From: Euryarchaeota archaeon UBA125
GTDB taxonomy: Archaea; Thermoplasmatota; Poseidoniia; Poseidoniales; Thalassarchaeaceae
Assembly (NCBI GenBank): GCA_002502625.1
Contig: DAPV01000035.1
Span: 6,279 to 70,278, forward strand
Length of the DNA stretch: 64,000 nucleotides
Direction: 5' to 3'
Positions 29,047 through 39,310 of the stretch are shown one piece after another. Numbering within the stretch: position 1 is the first letter of the stretch; each line of letters begins with the position of its first letter. The notes under the pieces are model-generated. The model saw nothing but the letters and a program-made list of their open reading frames with translations, was not told the DNA's origin and searched no databases. The position numbers and the translations under genes were made by a program.

Positions 29047-29889
29047 CTATTTTCGAAGAAGATATCTGTAATAGCCTAAATCACCTTTGATGAAAGCATC
29101 ATATACAGGAGTATTACGAACTCCAGCAAACGTCTCAAAGCTGCGTCTAATTATTACGTTAGTTCCATTTTTGATTCTAGATTGTTTATCATCACTTACT
29201 TGGTCTAGCGCTGAGACTACTTCTTCGGTTATATCAGATTGTAACTCTATTTCAAATCCTGTTGAAAGGAATTGTTTGTGTATAGATTCCATGGTTTTCT
29301 TATCTCTAAAGTCAGTCCAAGCAAAATGTCCTCCAGGTCTTAAAACTCGATATGCTTCTGAAATGAATTGAGACATGTTACTGTAACAATGGCTAGATTC
29401 TACATTGTAAATTATGTCATATGATTCATCTTCAAAAGAAAGAGACATTGCATTTCCTTCAACGAATTGTAAATTTTCTTGGCGACCATACATTCGATTA
29501 CATAATTTAACTGCAGCTCCTGAATAATCTAAAGCTGTCAGAGATTGAGGAGAATAGGTTCTTGCAATCCAATTAGCACCGCCTCCTCTACCTGAGCCTA
29601 TTTCTAATACTTCTTTACCATTCAATTCAACATCTCGTATATTCATATGATATAATTGAATGAACAATCTATCTGATTCGTCTTCTGGATCTAATATTGG
29701 TGGATTATCGTCAATAAATCCATAATTCATGAAACCAAACTCACCCCATGCTTTAGCTTTAGCAAGGCGTTGGTACCACCAACGCCACATACGATCTCCA
29801 ATCTTACTTGGGAATACCTTCAACAATGTTGCAAAAATTCGAGCAGGGAGGCCTAAACGCATCCTTATTCCTTCCACTTTACTGAACAA
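29047..29889 (-). CDS. Class I SAM-dependent methyltransferase
   Basis: ..VLEIGSGRGGGANWIA.. (motif I), ..YDIIYNVESSHCY.., ..LRPGGHFAW.. The true start may be the internal Met at 29862, which would avoid overlap with the upstream gene. Confidence 0.75.
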   Translation of the reverse strand: MFSKVEGIRMRLGLPARIFATLLKVFPSKIGDRMWRWWYQRLAKAKAWGEFGFMNYGFIDDNPPILDPEDESDRLFIQLYHMNIRDVELNGKEVLEIGSGRGGGANWIARTYSPQSLTALDYSGAAVKLCNRMYGRQENLQFVEGNAMSLSFEDESYDIIYNVESSHCYSNMSQFISEAYRVLRPGGHFAWTDFRDKKTMESIHKQFLSTGFEIELQSDITEEVVSALDQVSDDKQSRIKNGTNVIIRRSFETFAGVRNTPVYDAFIKGDLGYYRYLLRK

Positions 29890-30455
29890 CCTATCGGATC
29901 TGTTCGATTAACTCCAATAGGGCTGTTAGAAAGTGTTGAATTAATTGCATCAAGTAATTCACTAGTAGTTGCTTTAGTTGGATCTCTGGGAGAATCATCG
30001 AGACGTCCTCTGTAAACAATGATTCCTTTTCCATCAATAAGATAAAATTCGGGGGTTCGTTCTGCCCCATATGCATGTGCAATTGTTTGATCGAAATCAT
30101 GCAAATATGGATATGACATCTCTCCAGCTCGGATAATCATGTTATCCCAGTTGTCACTAGAATAAACGATTGAATCGTTCGAATTTATACCTACAAATCC
30201 TAATCCATTTTCACGACAAAAAGATGCAATCGATTCTATTCTTTCTTCACTGGCAACAACATATGGACAATGGTTGCAAGTAAACATAATCACTCCACCA
30301 GTTTCACCAATTGTTTGTTCAAGCGTCATATGAACAGGTTTGAATGGATTTTTAGATGAGTTAGAATCTATTTCATCCATTACAAATGATCGGGCATTTC
30401 GTAATTTAAAATCAGCAGCAGTATCGCCTGGCTCTAATCCTCTGGCAGAAGGCAT
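29865..30455 (-). CDS. TlpA/redoxin-like thiol-disulfide oxidoreductase (thioredoxin fold)
   Basis: ..PGDTAADFKL.. and CNHCP active-site CxxC. Confidence 0.6.
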   Translation of the reverse strand: MPSARGLEPGDTAADFKLRNARSFVMDEIDSNSSKNPFKPVHMTLEQTIGETGGVIMFTCNHCPYVVASEERIESIASFCRENGLGFVGINSNDSIVYSSDNWDNMIIRAGEMSYPYLHDFDQTIAHAYGAERTPEFYLIDGKGIIVYRGRLDDSPRDPTKATTSELLDAINSTLSNSPIGVNRTDPIGCSVKWKE

Positions 30456-30493
30456 GGTTGTCGCACCATAGAGAACAAGTTCAACCTAACGGA

Positions 30494-32749
30494 TTAAACC
30501 ACTTTCTTACTGAATAATTCTTCCAATCTAGTTCTTGCTATGTTATTTGTTGGATCTAGGTTCAAAACTCTTCTCCAACATGATTCAGCTCTGTCTAAAG
30601 GTCCAATTTCATGAGCAATGGCTGCTGCATGTAACAATGATTCCATATGGGATGGTTCAGCACGGATGGCCGATTCTAAATCTGCTAATGCTGCAGGTAA
30701 TGCCCCTTGTTCAATATAAAATTGGGCTCTCATATGCCAAGCATTTGGATTATCTGATTCTAATCGAATTGCCTCATCTAATGGAGGTAGTGCTTCTTCT
30801 GCCCTATCTAAGGCGCAGAGTGTTGCGCCCATGGAAATCAATGCTGGAACATGCCCCGGTTTTCTCTCTATAATTTCTCTTAATGCCACTTCCGCCCATT
30901 CCCATTTACCTAAACCCATTAGTGATTCTGCTCGTCTTAATCTTGCTAGATCAAGGTTAGGATATTCCTTGAGTAATAATTCTGAATCTTCTAAAGCCAA
31001 AGAATGATCATTCATCAAAACTGCTACAGTTGCTCGATTTAAACGAGCACGAACATGTTTTGGATCTTGGACTAAGACTGTATCGAAACGTCGCCTTGCT
31101 TCTGGATAATTACCTAATTCCGCTGCAATTAAACCCCTAATATAATGCAAAACATCCTTGTCAGAAAGTGATGTTTCTGCCTCATGAACTAATCTTTCTG
31201 CTTCAGAAATCTCTCCCTGATCTATTCTTAAAAGAGCATATTCAGCTAATATCATTGGATTTTCATTATCTAGACGTGATGCGCGAACAATAGATACTTC
31301 TGCTTCATCAAATTCTCCGAGTTGCCGTAGTGTTCTAGCACGTCCTACCCATGCTAAAGCAGATTCTCTGTCATAAGAGAGTGCAGTATCAAAAAATGTC
31401 AATGCACCTTTAACTAAGCCTCGATCATGAAGTCCTGTACCATCTCTAGCAACATCTGCTTCTCCAAGCACCAATCTACCTTTCTGAATATGCATTTCTG
31501 AACATTCCCATGCACTTGGAGATGATTCAACAAGAATTTTTCTTGCAGCCTGGTTATTATCATCTAACATATGTAATAGAGATAAATGGGCTCTCACTAA
31601 TCCATTATCTGGATTTATGTCTAATACTGATTGAAGTGAAGAAATGGCCTCTTCAAATCGATCGAGTTGCATCAATAAATCTGCTTTTAAGATCCATTCA
31701 GGTTCACCCAATGCAACAGCATGAATGGCTGCCTTCAATGCATCTTCTAATCGATTGGGTTCCTTAGATAACAATTTAGATTGTAATGTCCATGAGGGGC
31801 CATGTTGTCTATCAAGGCTAAACAATTGATCTAATGCATTTAGAGCTCTTCCAGGTTCATTTCTAACATAATGTAATCTGGCTTTAAGATGCCAAGAATT
31901 TGAATCCTCTGGATTTTCTTGGAGAGCTTCATTTACCTCTTCAAGTGCTGAGGCTGGATCCCCTGCCCTCTCTCTTAAGCCAGCCAATAAGGCTAAATCT
32001 GCGGCATTTTGTAATCCTAAGGCTTCCAAACGTCTAGAATCTAATTCCGCATCTGGATCCCCTATTCTGAATAATAAATGAGCTCTTTCTCTCAACAATT
32101 CGGGATCATCTGGATACAATTGAAGCAATCGATCTAAACGAGTTTTCAAGAATGTATCATCTCCACTTTCTCTAGCGATTGCTGCTAATCTTCGAAGAGT
32201 GTTTTCATGTCTTGGGGCAATTCTCTCTGATTCAAGGAGGCTAGAAAGAGCAAGGTCTCTGAATCCCAAATAATTGCAAATAAAAGAAAAATTCCTACAT
32301 TGTACATCATTCCTTCCAAAGAGAGATTTCATTTCAACATTATTTTCTTGAATGATTTGTATATGATTGGTTAAGAGTTCTCGACGTATTGAGTCTAATC
32401 TCTTCATGTCTTCTTCTAATGTAGATTCTTGAAATAAAGAAAGAAGATTCCTTAGAGAAATGTTGAAGCTAGATAATTCAAATTTTGAACCACTAATCAA
32501 AGATTCAATCAGTTGTTGAGATTTCAATAACGTATCTGATCCTGATAAGCGTCGACTTGCATCAGCTTCATCGATTAAATCGTTTAGTGCATTGCTTAAA
32601 ACCGTCATATCGTCTTCAATTAATGCATCATTTGAGGAAGAAGAAAATTGTAGTTGATTTATGCGTTCATTCATTTGTTGTAATGCATAGACTGAACCAC
32701 CAATTACAATCGCAAGTAAAGCAATCAATCCACTTGTTAGGGGATCCAT
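30494..32749 (-). CDS. Membrane-anchored TPR-repeat protein
   Basis: N-terminal TM helix LIALLAIVIGGSVYAL followed by about 15 TPR-like repeats (W-LG-Y-A-F-P patterns). Confidence 0.65.
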   Translation of the reverse strand: MDPLTSGLIALLAIVIGGSVYALQQMNERINQLQFSSSSNDALIEDDMTVLSNALNDLIDEADASRRLSGSDTLLKSQQLIESLISGSKFELSSFNISLRNLLSLFQESTLEEDMKRLDSIRRELLTNHIQIIQENNVEMKSLFGRNDVQCRNFSFICNYLGFRDLALSSLLESERIAPRHENTLRRLAAIARESGDDTFLKTRLDRLLQLYPDDPELLRERAHLLFRIGDPDAELDSRRLEALGLQNAADLALLAGLRERAGDPASALEEVNEALQENPEDSNSWHLKARLHYVRNEPGRALNALDQLFSLDRQHGPSWTLQSKLLSKEPNRLEDALKAAIHAVALGEPEWILKADLLMQLDRFEEAISSLQSVLDINPDNGLVRAHLSLLHMLDDNNQAARKILVESSPSAWECSEMHIQKGRLVLGEADVARDGTGLHDRGLVKGALTFFDTALSYDRESALAWVGRARTLRQLGEFDEAEVSIVRASRLDNENPMILAEYALLRIDQGEISEAERLVHEAETSLSDKDVLHYIRGLIAAELGNYPEARRRFDTVLVQDPKHVRARLNRATVAVLMNDHSLALEDSELLLKEYPNLDLARLRRAESLMGLGKWEWAEVALREIIERKPGHVPALISMGATLCALDRAEEALPPLDEAIRLESDNPNAWHMRAQFYIEQGALPAALADLESAIRAEPSHMESLLHAAAIAHEIGPLDRAESCWRRVLNLDPTNNIARTRLEELFSKKVV

Positions 32750-32918
32750 TGGATCAATTCGTACTTGACCACACTTAGCCGCTTCCCTTTGAATAGGTGG
32801 TATACGCCGATTTTTATCAACTCGGGCGATTGTCCAAACCCTTCTTCAGGGGATATATGACAATGAACAACACCATCCTTCAAATGGCGCGTATATGATT
32901 CAGGCATAAGGTGGATGC

Positions 32919-35297
32919 GTGACTGACTGGGCGGGATATCTACAACACTTCACAGAAGAAGGGTTTAGTGAAGAGGGAATTAGAATCTTGTTGGGAGAAA
33001 ATCCAGATAGTGATTCAGTATTATTCGTTCAAGAAACGCTAGAAGATGCAAAAAAATTGATCATGATGTTAGATAGCGTTCCTAAATCACTAACCGAATC
33101 AGCAAATGGTATGAAAAGACGATTATTACAACATCCTTCTGAATTAGAAGATATTCGAGCTAGATACAATGTAATGGTTGTAGCAACAACCCCTTGGGTT
33201 GCATCGGCTGAAAAAATGAGAGAGCAGTGGTCAATGGAAGGTAGGTCAATTGAATTAGCTGCATGGCTTAGACGATTGGGGTCTATTGATCATAATCCTC
33301 CTAAAGAAACAAGAGAAGTGATCCAAGTAATCGAAAATATTGCACCTAGAGATGAAGTAAGAAGAGCAATTGAAAATTTAGAAGGTAAACAGAGAGAAAG
33401 ACGTGTAATCCTTCAAGACATGATGAATATTCTAGAACGAAAGGGGTGGAACTTAGAATTCTCTGAACATGCAAATCTTTCACAAAAGTTTGAAGAAGTT
33501 TCTGAATGGTTAGAATTGGAAGATCGAATTGAAGCATTAGAAAGAAAGATTTTCCAATTTGAGGAAAGAAGGCCAAATGAAGCTAACATGGGTTTGAAAA
33601 TTATTGAAAAAGCAAGACTCAATGGCGATAGAAATGCAATAAAACAATTAGAATTAGATGTTAATGATGAGATTCAAGATATTCTAGAAAGTGATGAAGA
33701 AATCAAAACTCGATTGAATTATTGGTCTCAAAATGGACTGATTATTACTGATTCGGAAATTCTAACAAACAATCAATTATGGAAATTCGAAGAAAACTTA
33801 GATGAATTAGAAAAACATTGGAATTTAGTTTATGAAAAATGTATTATTTTACGTAATCTTCTTGATAAATCAGGACAGAAATATCCAGATTGGATTGGAC
33901 ATGTTGATTCATATGAAAAAATTCTAACTACAATTGATGAATTAACAGATCAACAAAAACAACTGAATGATAATTTACAACTAGAAATTGAAACATGGAG
34001 AAATTACGGACTAAATTTAGAATTAATTGGTAAAATATTTGAAGGAAATAATGTATGGGAATTAGATGAACAGATTAACGGGTTACGATCATTGGCTGAA
34101 ATAGCAATTTCGATTCTCAATTCTATTGATTATTTAGATCAATCAATAGACAGCGAAAGAATCGGTGAAATTCGCGAAAGTGTAATTCGAGACTGGAATC
34201 TACATAGTACACTTCAATTTGAAATGGAAGAAATTGACAAGATTTCGCGAAGACAAGAACATCATTTAGTAATGCTATACGAACGTGCAGAAGAACTTTC
34301 TATGGACGTCACAGAATCGAATGATTGGACAATTGAAGAATTTGAAAATAGAATATTTGATGCTGAATTAATAAGAAATCGTGATGTAGAAAAAAGGGCT
34401 AAGAAGAATGAGGAATTGAATAAAAATATAGTAGAGTTGTCAAAAATTCCTACCCCTAAAGAAAAAATTGAAAATTCGTCTGACAATAAGAAAAATGATC
34501 TAAATAATTGGATCGAGAAGAAAGCGGCTGATGGGAAATTATTCTACTATAATCAAGAAACTAAACAGTCAACTTGGTCAAAACCTGATGGAATAATTCT
34601 ATCAACAAACGAACCAGTAAAAACTCCCATCAAAGAAGAGATTGAGTTAATCATTTCAGATATCAAAAATATTAGTGAAGAAAATGATGGAGAAATTATT
34701 GAAGGTGGGATTCCCAAAATTCCGGAGATAGAAACTGTTGTTCAGGAAAAAGAACCTATTCGGTTCAGACGATTGGGTGTAAATGGAATCAAGATGCCGG
34801 TTCTAGTTGAAGATGAAACCAAGATGAAAAACGATACAGAATCAGTCTCAGAGACTAATCAAAAAAAGAATCTTAATCATATTCTAAGAGAAAAATTGGG
34901 AATTAATAATGAGAATCCATTGATTGTAGAATCTTCACGAAACAGGGATCTAAGAATTCAACGTATTCTAAGACTAATTCCATTAATTGAATCAAAGTTC
35001 GATTCAGGTGATCAGCAAAAAATAGTTGATGACTTACTGCCCGTCCTTGAGAATATTGAACAATGGATTCGTGTAAGAAGTGAGCATCGACGATGTTGGA
35101 ATGACAATGGAGGAATTGTCCAAAAAATCGATCGCTTACAAGATGTGTTAGATGAAGTCCCTGGACCAGGAATTCAATTGCCAATTGGGTTCGATAAGAT
35201 ACCTTTGCCATCTAAAACAGAAGATCTGATTGAAGAAATTAAGGATTTTTCGATTAATGCTCTAGTCTCCACTTCTGGTGGAATTATCGCATTATAA
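32919..35297 (+). CDS. Large acidic coiled-coil protein containing a canonical WW domain
   Basis: ..LNNWIEKKAADGKLFYYNQETKQSTWSKPDG.. has the two Trp 22 residues apart, the central GK-FYYN-T and a trailing KP. The rest is E/K-rich coiled coil. GTG start with AGGTGGA upstream. Confidence 0.6.
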   Translation: MTDWAGYLQHFTEEGFSEEGIRILLGENPDSDSVLFVQETLEDAKKLIMMLDSVPKSLTESANGMKRRLLQHPSELEDIRARYNVMVVATTPWVASAEKMREQWSMEGRSIELAAWLRRLGSIDHNPPKETREVIQVIENIAPRDEVRRAIENLEGKQRERRVILQDMMNILERKGWNLEFSEHANLSQKFEEVSEWLELEDRIEALERKIFQFEERRPNEANMGLKIIEKARLNGDRNAIKQLELDVNDEIQDILESDEEIKTRLNYWSQNGLIITDSEILTNNQLWKFEENLDELEKHWNLVYEKCIILRNLLDKSGQKYPDWIGHVDSYEKILTTIDELTDQQKQLNDNLQLEIETWRNYGLNLELIGKIFEGNNVWELDEQINGLRSLAEIAISILNSIDYLDQSIDSERIGEIRESVIRDWNLHSTLQFEMEEIDKISRRQEHHLVMLYERAEELSMDVTESNDWTIEEFENRIFDAELIRNRDVEKRAKKNEELNKNIVELSKIPTPKEKIENSSDNKKNDLNNWIEKKAADGKLFYYNQETKQSTWSKPDGIILSTNEPVKTPIKEEIELIISDIKNISEENDGEIIEGGIPKIPEIETVVQEKEPIRFRRLGVNGIKMPVLVEDETKMKNDTESVSETNQKKNLNHILREKLGINNENPLIVESSRNRDLRIQRILRLIPLIESKFDSGDQQKIVDDLLPVLENIEQWIRVRSEHRRCWNDNGGIVQKIDRLQDVLDEVPGPGIQLPIGFDKIPLPSKTEDLIEEIKDFSINALVSTSGGIIAL

Positions 35298-36467
35298 TCA
35301 AAGGTCACTTAATACAAAAACATCGATTCCTTCTAAGGTATCTTCATTGACTGATGATGCTAAAATCTGAGTGATTTTAGCAGTTTGAGCAATTTCAAGT
35401 GTTCTAGATGTTACCTTTCCATTAAACAACATTCCTAGTGCCCCAGATGTGTTTTCAGCCTCTGTAGCAAGTTTACTTGCACCTACTGGCTCTGAAAGTT
35501 CTCCATTCTCTAAAATAAAACAGGCTTTATTCTTAGCCAGGGCTTCAAAATTTTCTTTCCAATCTCGAACGTTATCTGGAACTTCGACGGGGGACAAGTC
35601 TTCTTTTTTGCCTAAAACTTCTGTATCTTGTTTATCCAAATCTGCCTTAAGCTTTGAAATTATCTTGGATGCTGTCTCTTTTTGATTCAAACATTTTGTA
35701 ATCACTTTACCCTCGAGATGTTCTACTTCCCTACTTGTTGGAGCTAATGCAACATGAGTCAATGATTTGCCCAATGCACCTTCTAATTCTACGAGAAGTA
35801 ATGTTCCACCTCTATCTCCATCCATAAATGCTGTAACATTCTTTTTCTTTTTAGCCAATTCAACTAACTCTTTGGTAATACCGGCACCCATAGTAGCAAT
35901 AGAATTCTTAATTCCATGCTTTAACAAATTTCGAACATCATTACGACCTTCGACAATAATGAGGGAAGTGCTTTCAACGGCATTTGGACCGCAGGTCATT
36001 CCATTAAAATCAGTCTCAGTTCCTAACGTCAAGACTGAACGTACTTCGTCGAGAATGTTTGAAGATTCGGCAGAACCCGCATTCACGATTTGTATCAAAA
36101 GATCTTTCGCACGATCTACAACTTGAGTTCGCTTTGCAGAGCGTACATTCTCTATTTTTAGAACTTTAATAACTGCTTGACATGGACCTATTCTATCTAT
36201 TGTTTCTAGTGATGCACCGATAACGGCAGTTGTCACTTGATCTATCATAGTAGGTAATCTAATGATACCTTGGACCTTTCCTCTTTGATTTTCTAATTCG
36301 ACATCTACGTGCCCTATTCTTCCCTTTCGTTGCATTTGACGTAATTGTAAACTTTCACCTAGTAAGCCTTCAGTTTGTCCGAAAATTGCCCCAACGACAT
36401 CTTTTCTTTGAACTGTACCATCTGTTCTAATACTCGCTTCAATCACATACTTTGGTTCTGCTGCCAT
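35298..36467 (-). CDS. dnaG: Archaeal-type DNA primase DnaG (TOPRIM)
   Basis: N-terminal KYVIEASIRTDGTVQRKDVVGAIFGQTEGLLG, TOPRIM IIVEGRNDVRNLL...FMDGDRGG. Confidence 0.85.
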   Translation of the reverse strand: MAAEPKYVIEASIRTDGTVQRKDVVGAIFGQTEGLLGESLQLRQMQRKGRIGHVDVELENQRGKVQGIIRLPTMIDQVTTAVIGASLETIDRIGPCQAVIKVLKIENVRSAKRTQVVDRAKDLLIQIVNAGSAESSNILDEVRSVLTLGTETDFNGMTCGPNAVESTSLIIVEGRNDVRNLLKHGIKNSIATMGAGITKELVELAKKKKNVTAFMDGDRGGTLLLVELEGALGKSLTHVALAPTSREVEHLEGKVITKCLNQKETASKIISKLKADLDKQDTEVLGKKEDLSPVEVPDNVRDWKENFEALAKNKACFILENGELSEPVGASKLATEAENTSGALGMLFNGKVTSRTLEIAQTAKITQILASSVNEDTLEGIDVFVLSDL

Positions 36468-36658
36468 ATTGATTCCTTCTTGACCAACTCACACAGACTG
36501 TCTGAGACAAATCCCCGCCATCCGGCGGGCACGAGACCGAAAATCGGTCATGAGTGTGACTTGGATATCTCTGACGGATGAAACATCATGAATTAACCCA
36601 CCGGCATTTCTTAGACTAAATGATTAAAATTTTCATTGATAGCCTTCAAGGAGGATAG

Positions 36659-37099
36659 ATGGTTACGATATTCATGACCGGAGCACCAGAGACACTCAAT
36701 GTCTTCTCAGCGGTGATACGGGTAGTTCTAGCAGATGGGGTTCTTACTCAAGAAGAAAAAAGATTGATAATTGCTATTGGAAGAGAATTAGAACTAGATG
36801 ATGGTGATCCACTAAAGGTCTACGAAGCTGTTCTTCGCGGTGAAGAAGTTGATGGAGGTAGGGAAATGACTCGAAAAGAACGTGTTGATCTTTATCGCAA
36901 ATCATGGCTGACTGTGCATTTTAATGAAGATGAATCTGATGATGAAGCGGCTGTGATGAAATGTCTCAGAGAGGAATTACATTTTTCAAAGGATGAGGCC
37001 AATGCAATTATTGAGCCAATGAGAGAAAAACAAAAGAAAGAGGATCTAGATATTTCAGATACATTCGTAGGTAAAATAAAGAAAAAATTACGGAAGTGA
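36659..37099 (+). CDS. TerB-like domain protein
   Basis: ..VIRVVLADGVLTQEEKRLIIAIGREL.. followed by an acidic/basic tail. Confidence 0.5.
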   Translation: MVTIFMTGAPETLNVFSAVIRVVLADGVLTQEEKRLIIAIGRELELDDGDPLKVYEAVLRGEEVDGGREMTRKERVDLYRKSWLTVHFNEDESDDEAAVMKCLREELHFSKDEANAIIEPMREKQKKEDLDISDTFVGKIKKKLRK

Positions 37100-37103
37100 T
37101 TCA

Positions 37104-37754
37104 GTGGAAGATCCGCTGGATGACTATCTTTCATCTATCAATAAACGTTCATTAAAAAAACCAAAATTGATCCTTAATCATATTCGAGGTGCATATCCTA
37201 TTGGAATTCCTGCACTTTTAATCAAATCTACCACTGACAGAATTGGACTTGATGCAGGGTATTCTTTTCATCTAGGAACTGCAGAACCTGAATTACGTAG
37301 AATCGCATCTTGGATTTTTACTAATATCTCACCCTCAGAAAAAATTGAAAATATAATAGGAAGATTGTGGAAAAGATTTGGAAGAGAAGACTTGGTATTA
37401 TCTTCAATTTTATTGGCTAATCTACCTGATAAAGAAATAGATACAAACTGGAAATGGATTACTCTAGCGGAATTAATTTCACATATAGAAAAAAAACGTG
37501 GTAGGATTCCAATAGAAATAATGCTTCTACATATTGAAGAAATGGGGAGAGCAAACTGTTCAATGATAGATGAAAAATTAGGGTCTAAATTACTAGAAGG
37601 AACTATTGCTGAACAATATTTGGGAATTTTAGCGATACATCAGCTTTCAAAAAAGAATATTGTTTCAAACTCTATCAAAGAAAAATTAGTTAATATTGAT
37701 CTACCAGTTGGCGATAGTCTAATTCGACGAATAAGAAACAAAATAGTGGAATAA
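37104..37754 (+). CDS. Hypothetical alpha-helical (HEAT-like) protein, translationally coupled to the TerB-like gene
   Basis: GTG start 4 nt after the upstream stop. All-alpha periodicity. Confidence 0.35.
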   Translation: MEDPLDDYLSSINKRSLKKPKLILNHIRGAYPIGIPALLIKSTTDRIGLDAGYSFHLGTAEPELRRIASWIFTNISPSEKIENIIGRLWKRFGREDLVLSSILLANLPDKEIDTNWKWITLAELISHIEKKRGRIPIEIMLLHIEEMGRANCSMIDEKLGSKLLEGTIAEQYLGILAIHQLSKKNIVSNSIKEKLVNIDLPVGDSLIRRIRNKIVE

Positions 37755-37793
37755 ATTCGTAACTGTCAAAGACAAACTAGACTTGCATTAACT

Positions 37794-38003
37794 ATGAATA
37801 ACTCAGTAGTTCCAGCAAATGAACCAATTGTTGAGAGCGTTTTAGAATGGACAATAGCCAGAGATGCTGAAGATATTGGAGTTTTGATGAATTGGATTTC
37901 TAAAGCAAACAAGAAAAGGGAACGTGAAACATTAATTCAACGAACGAGAGAATTGTTGGCTGAAATTGAACATGCTGCCCGCCGATTAGATGACTTGCGG
38001 TAG
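37794..38003 (+). CDS. Small hypothetical protein
   Basis: 69-aa ORF ending with TAG at 38001-38003, 10 nt inside the frame that encodes the MobA-like G-loop. Confidence 0.25.
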   Translation: MNNSVVPANEPIVESVLEWTIARDAEDIGVLMNWISKANKKRERETLIQRTRELLAEIEHAARRLDDLR

Positions 38004-38050
38004 GTGATTTAATCCAAGGATTAATTTTAGCTGGAGGCCTATCTACTCGA

Positions 38051-38578
38051 ATGGGTTCTGATAAAGCCAGTCTTCTTCTAGATGAGAAAATGTTGATCGA
38101 GATTGTTGTTGATAATCTCCAAGAAGGAGGTTTTTCTCAAATTGTTGTGTCTGTAAGAGATTCTAAACAATCAGAATGGATAAAAAATATTTTTAAAAAT
38201 AATGTCAGGACAGTGATTGATTCACATGATTCAAATGGGATTTGGGATGTGCTAAAATTTTCACTTCCTAGTAATGAAATTGTACAAATTATCTCTGTTG
38301 ATTCTCCGTGGTTTGATGGTAAATCTATACGACAATTAACAAATATTTTGAAGAAGAATCAAGAAAAAATAGGGGTTGTTCCCTGGAGTAAAGATGGTCC
38401 TGAACCATTGTTAATGCAAGTAAACTCATCAAATTTATTAGAAATAATGTCAAATTCAAAACCAATGCCATTAAGAAAATTTGTAGATTCTAATAATTTT
38501 AGAAAATTAAACTGGAAAGAATTGACAAATCCAAATGCTCTGAAAAACCTCAATTATCCAGATGATTTTCCAAACTAA
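38051..38578 (+). CDS. MobA-like nucleotidyltransferase (MobA/CobY/CofC family)
   Basis: From the ATG: STRMGSDKASLLL... The conserved G-loop GLILAGGLSTRMG is encoded in-frame upstream (37994-38050) without an ATG/GTG/TTG. Confidence 0.55.
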   Translation: MGSDKASLLLDEKMLIEIVVDNLQEGGFSQIVVSVRDSKQSEWIKNIFKNNVRTVIDSHDSNGIWDVLKFSLPSNEIVQIISVDSPWFDGKSIRQLTNILKKNQEKIGVVPWSKDGPEPLLMQVNSSNLLEIMSNSKPMPLRKFVDSNNFRKLNWKELTNPNALKNLNYPDDFPN

Positions 38579-39218
38579 TTATTTCTCCATTAATCAAACG
38601 AATCTTCCCCTTTGAAAAGTCATCAATTATTTTGGGGTATAATTTGTGTTCTACAATCTTCACTCTTTCCTGTAATGATTCCAATGTATCATTGGGAAAA
38701 ACTGGCACGGTTGATTGTTCAATAATTGCACCTGTATCCATGCCAGAATCAACAAAATGAACTGTACATCCAGATTCTTTTTCTTGAGAAGAAAGAACTT
38801 CTTGATGGGAATAAGCTCCAGGGAATTTCGGTAATAATGAAGGGTGAATATTCAAAATTTTACCTTCCCATTTTGAAACAAAATTAGGAGTTAGAATTCT
38901 CATATAACCTGAGAGGATAATTGCCTCAACATGATTCTCAATAAGTTTTGATTGGACTAATTCCTCGTGCATTAATCGTCTTGAAATAGAATCAAAATTT
39001 CCTTTAGGTAAAGGGATGCAAAGAGAAAAAATGTCATATTCTTCGGCAATTGAAAGTCCTTTAGCTTCAGAACGGTCACTAAGAACAATAACGGTACTAT
39101 GGCAGCATGTTTTTTTGTGTTCAGTATGTTCTAATAATGCCTTCATTCCGGAACCACTCCCTGAAATCATTACTGCTAATCTCAATGGATCTGTAGGTGT
39201 TCCGACCCTGAGAGACAT
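38550..39218 (-). CDS. purN: Phosphoribosylglycinamide formyltransferase PurN
   Basis: ..RLAVMISGSGSG.., ..NIHPSLLPKFPG.., ..CTVHFVDSGMDTGAII.. Start set at the Met just upstream of the G-loop; the ORF track extends to 39329. Confidence 0.8.
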   Translation of the reverse strand: MSLRVGTPTDPLRLAVMISGSGSGMKALLEHTEHKKTCCHSTVIVLSDRSEAKGLSIAEEYDIFSLCIPLPKGNFDSISRRLMHEELVQSKLIENHVEAIILSGYMRILTPNFVSKWEGKILNIHPSLLPKFPGAYSHQEVLSSQEKESGCTVHFVDSGMDTGAIIEQSTVPVFPNDTLESLQERVKIVEHKLYPKIIDDFSKGKIRLINGEIISLENHLDN

Positions 39219-39310
39219 GTACATTGGATAGGGGGGTAGCGCTTGAGCATATTCACAAATCAATACGATTATACATATCATTAAACCCAAAAAAAAATGA
39301 GGACCTGTTG

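Noticed and set aside
36468-36658. C/D-box sRNA in the dnaG/TerB spacer
   Set aside because: No proper C box (RUGAUGA) or D box (CUGA) pairing at the termini on either strand; only partial look-alikes. Kept only as a generic structured element.
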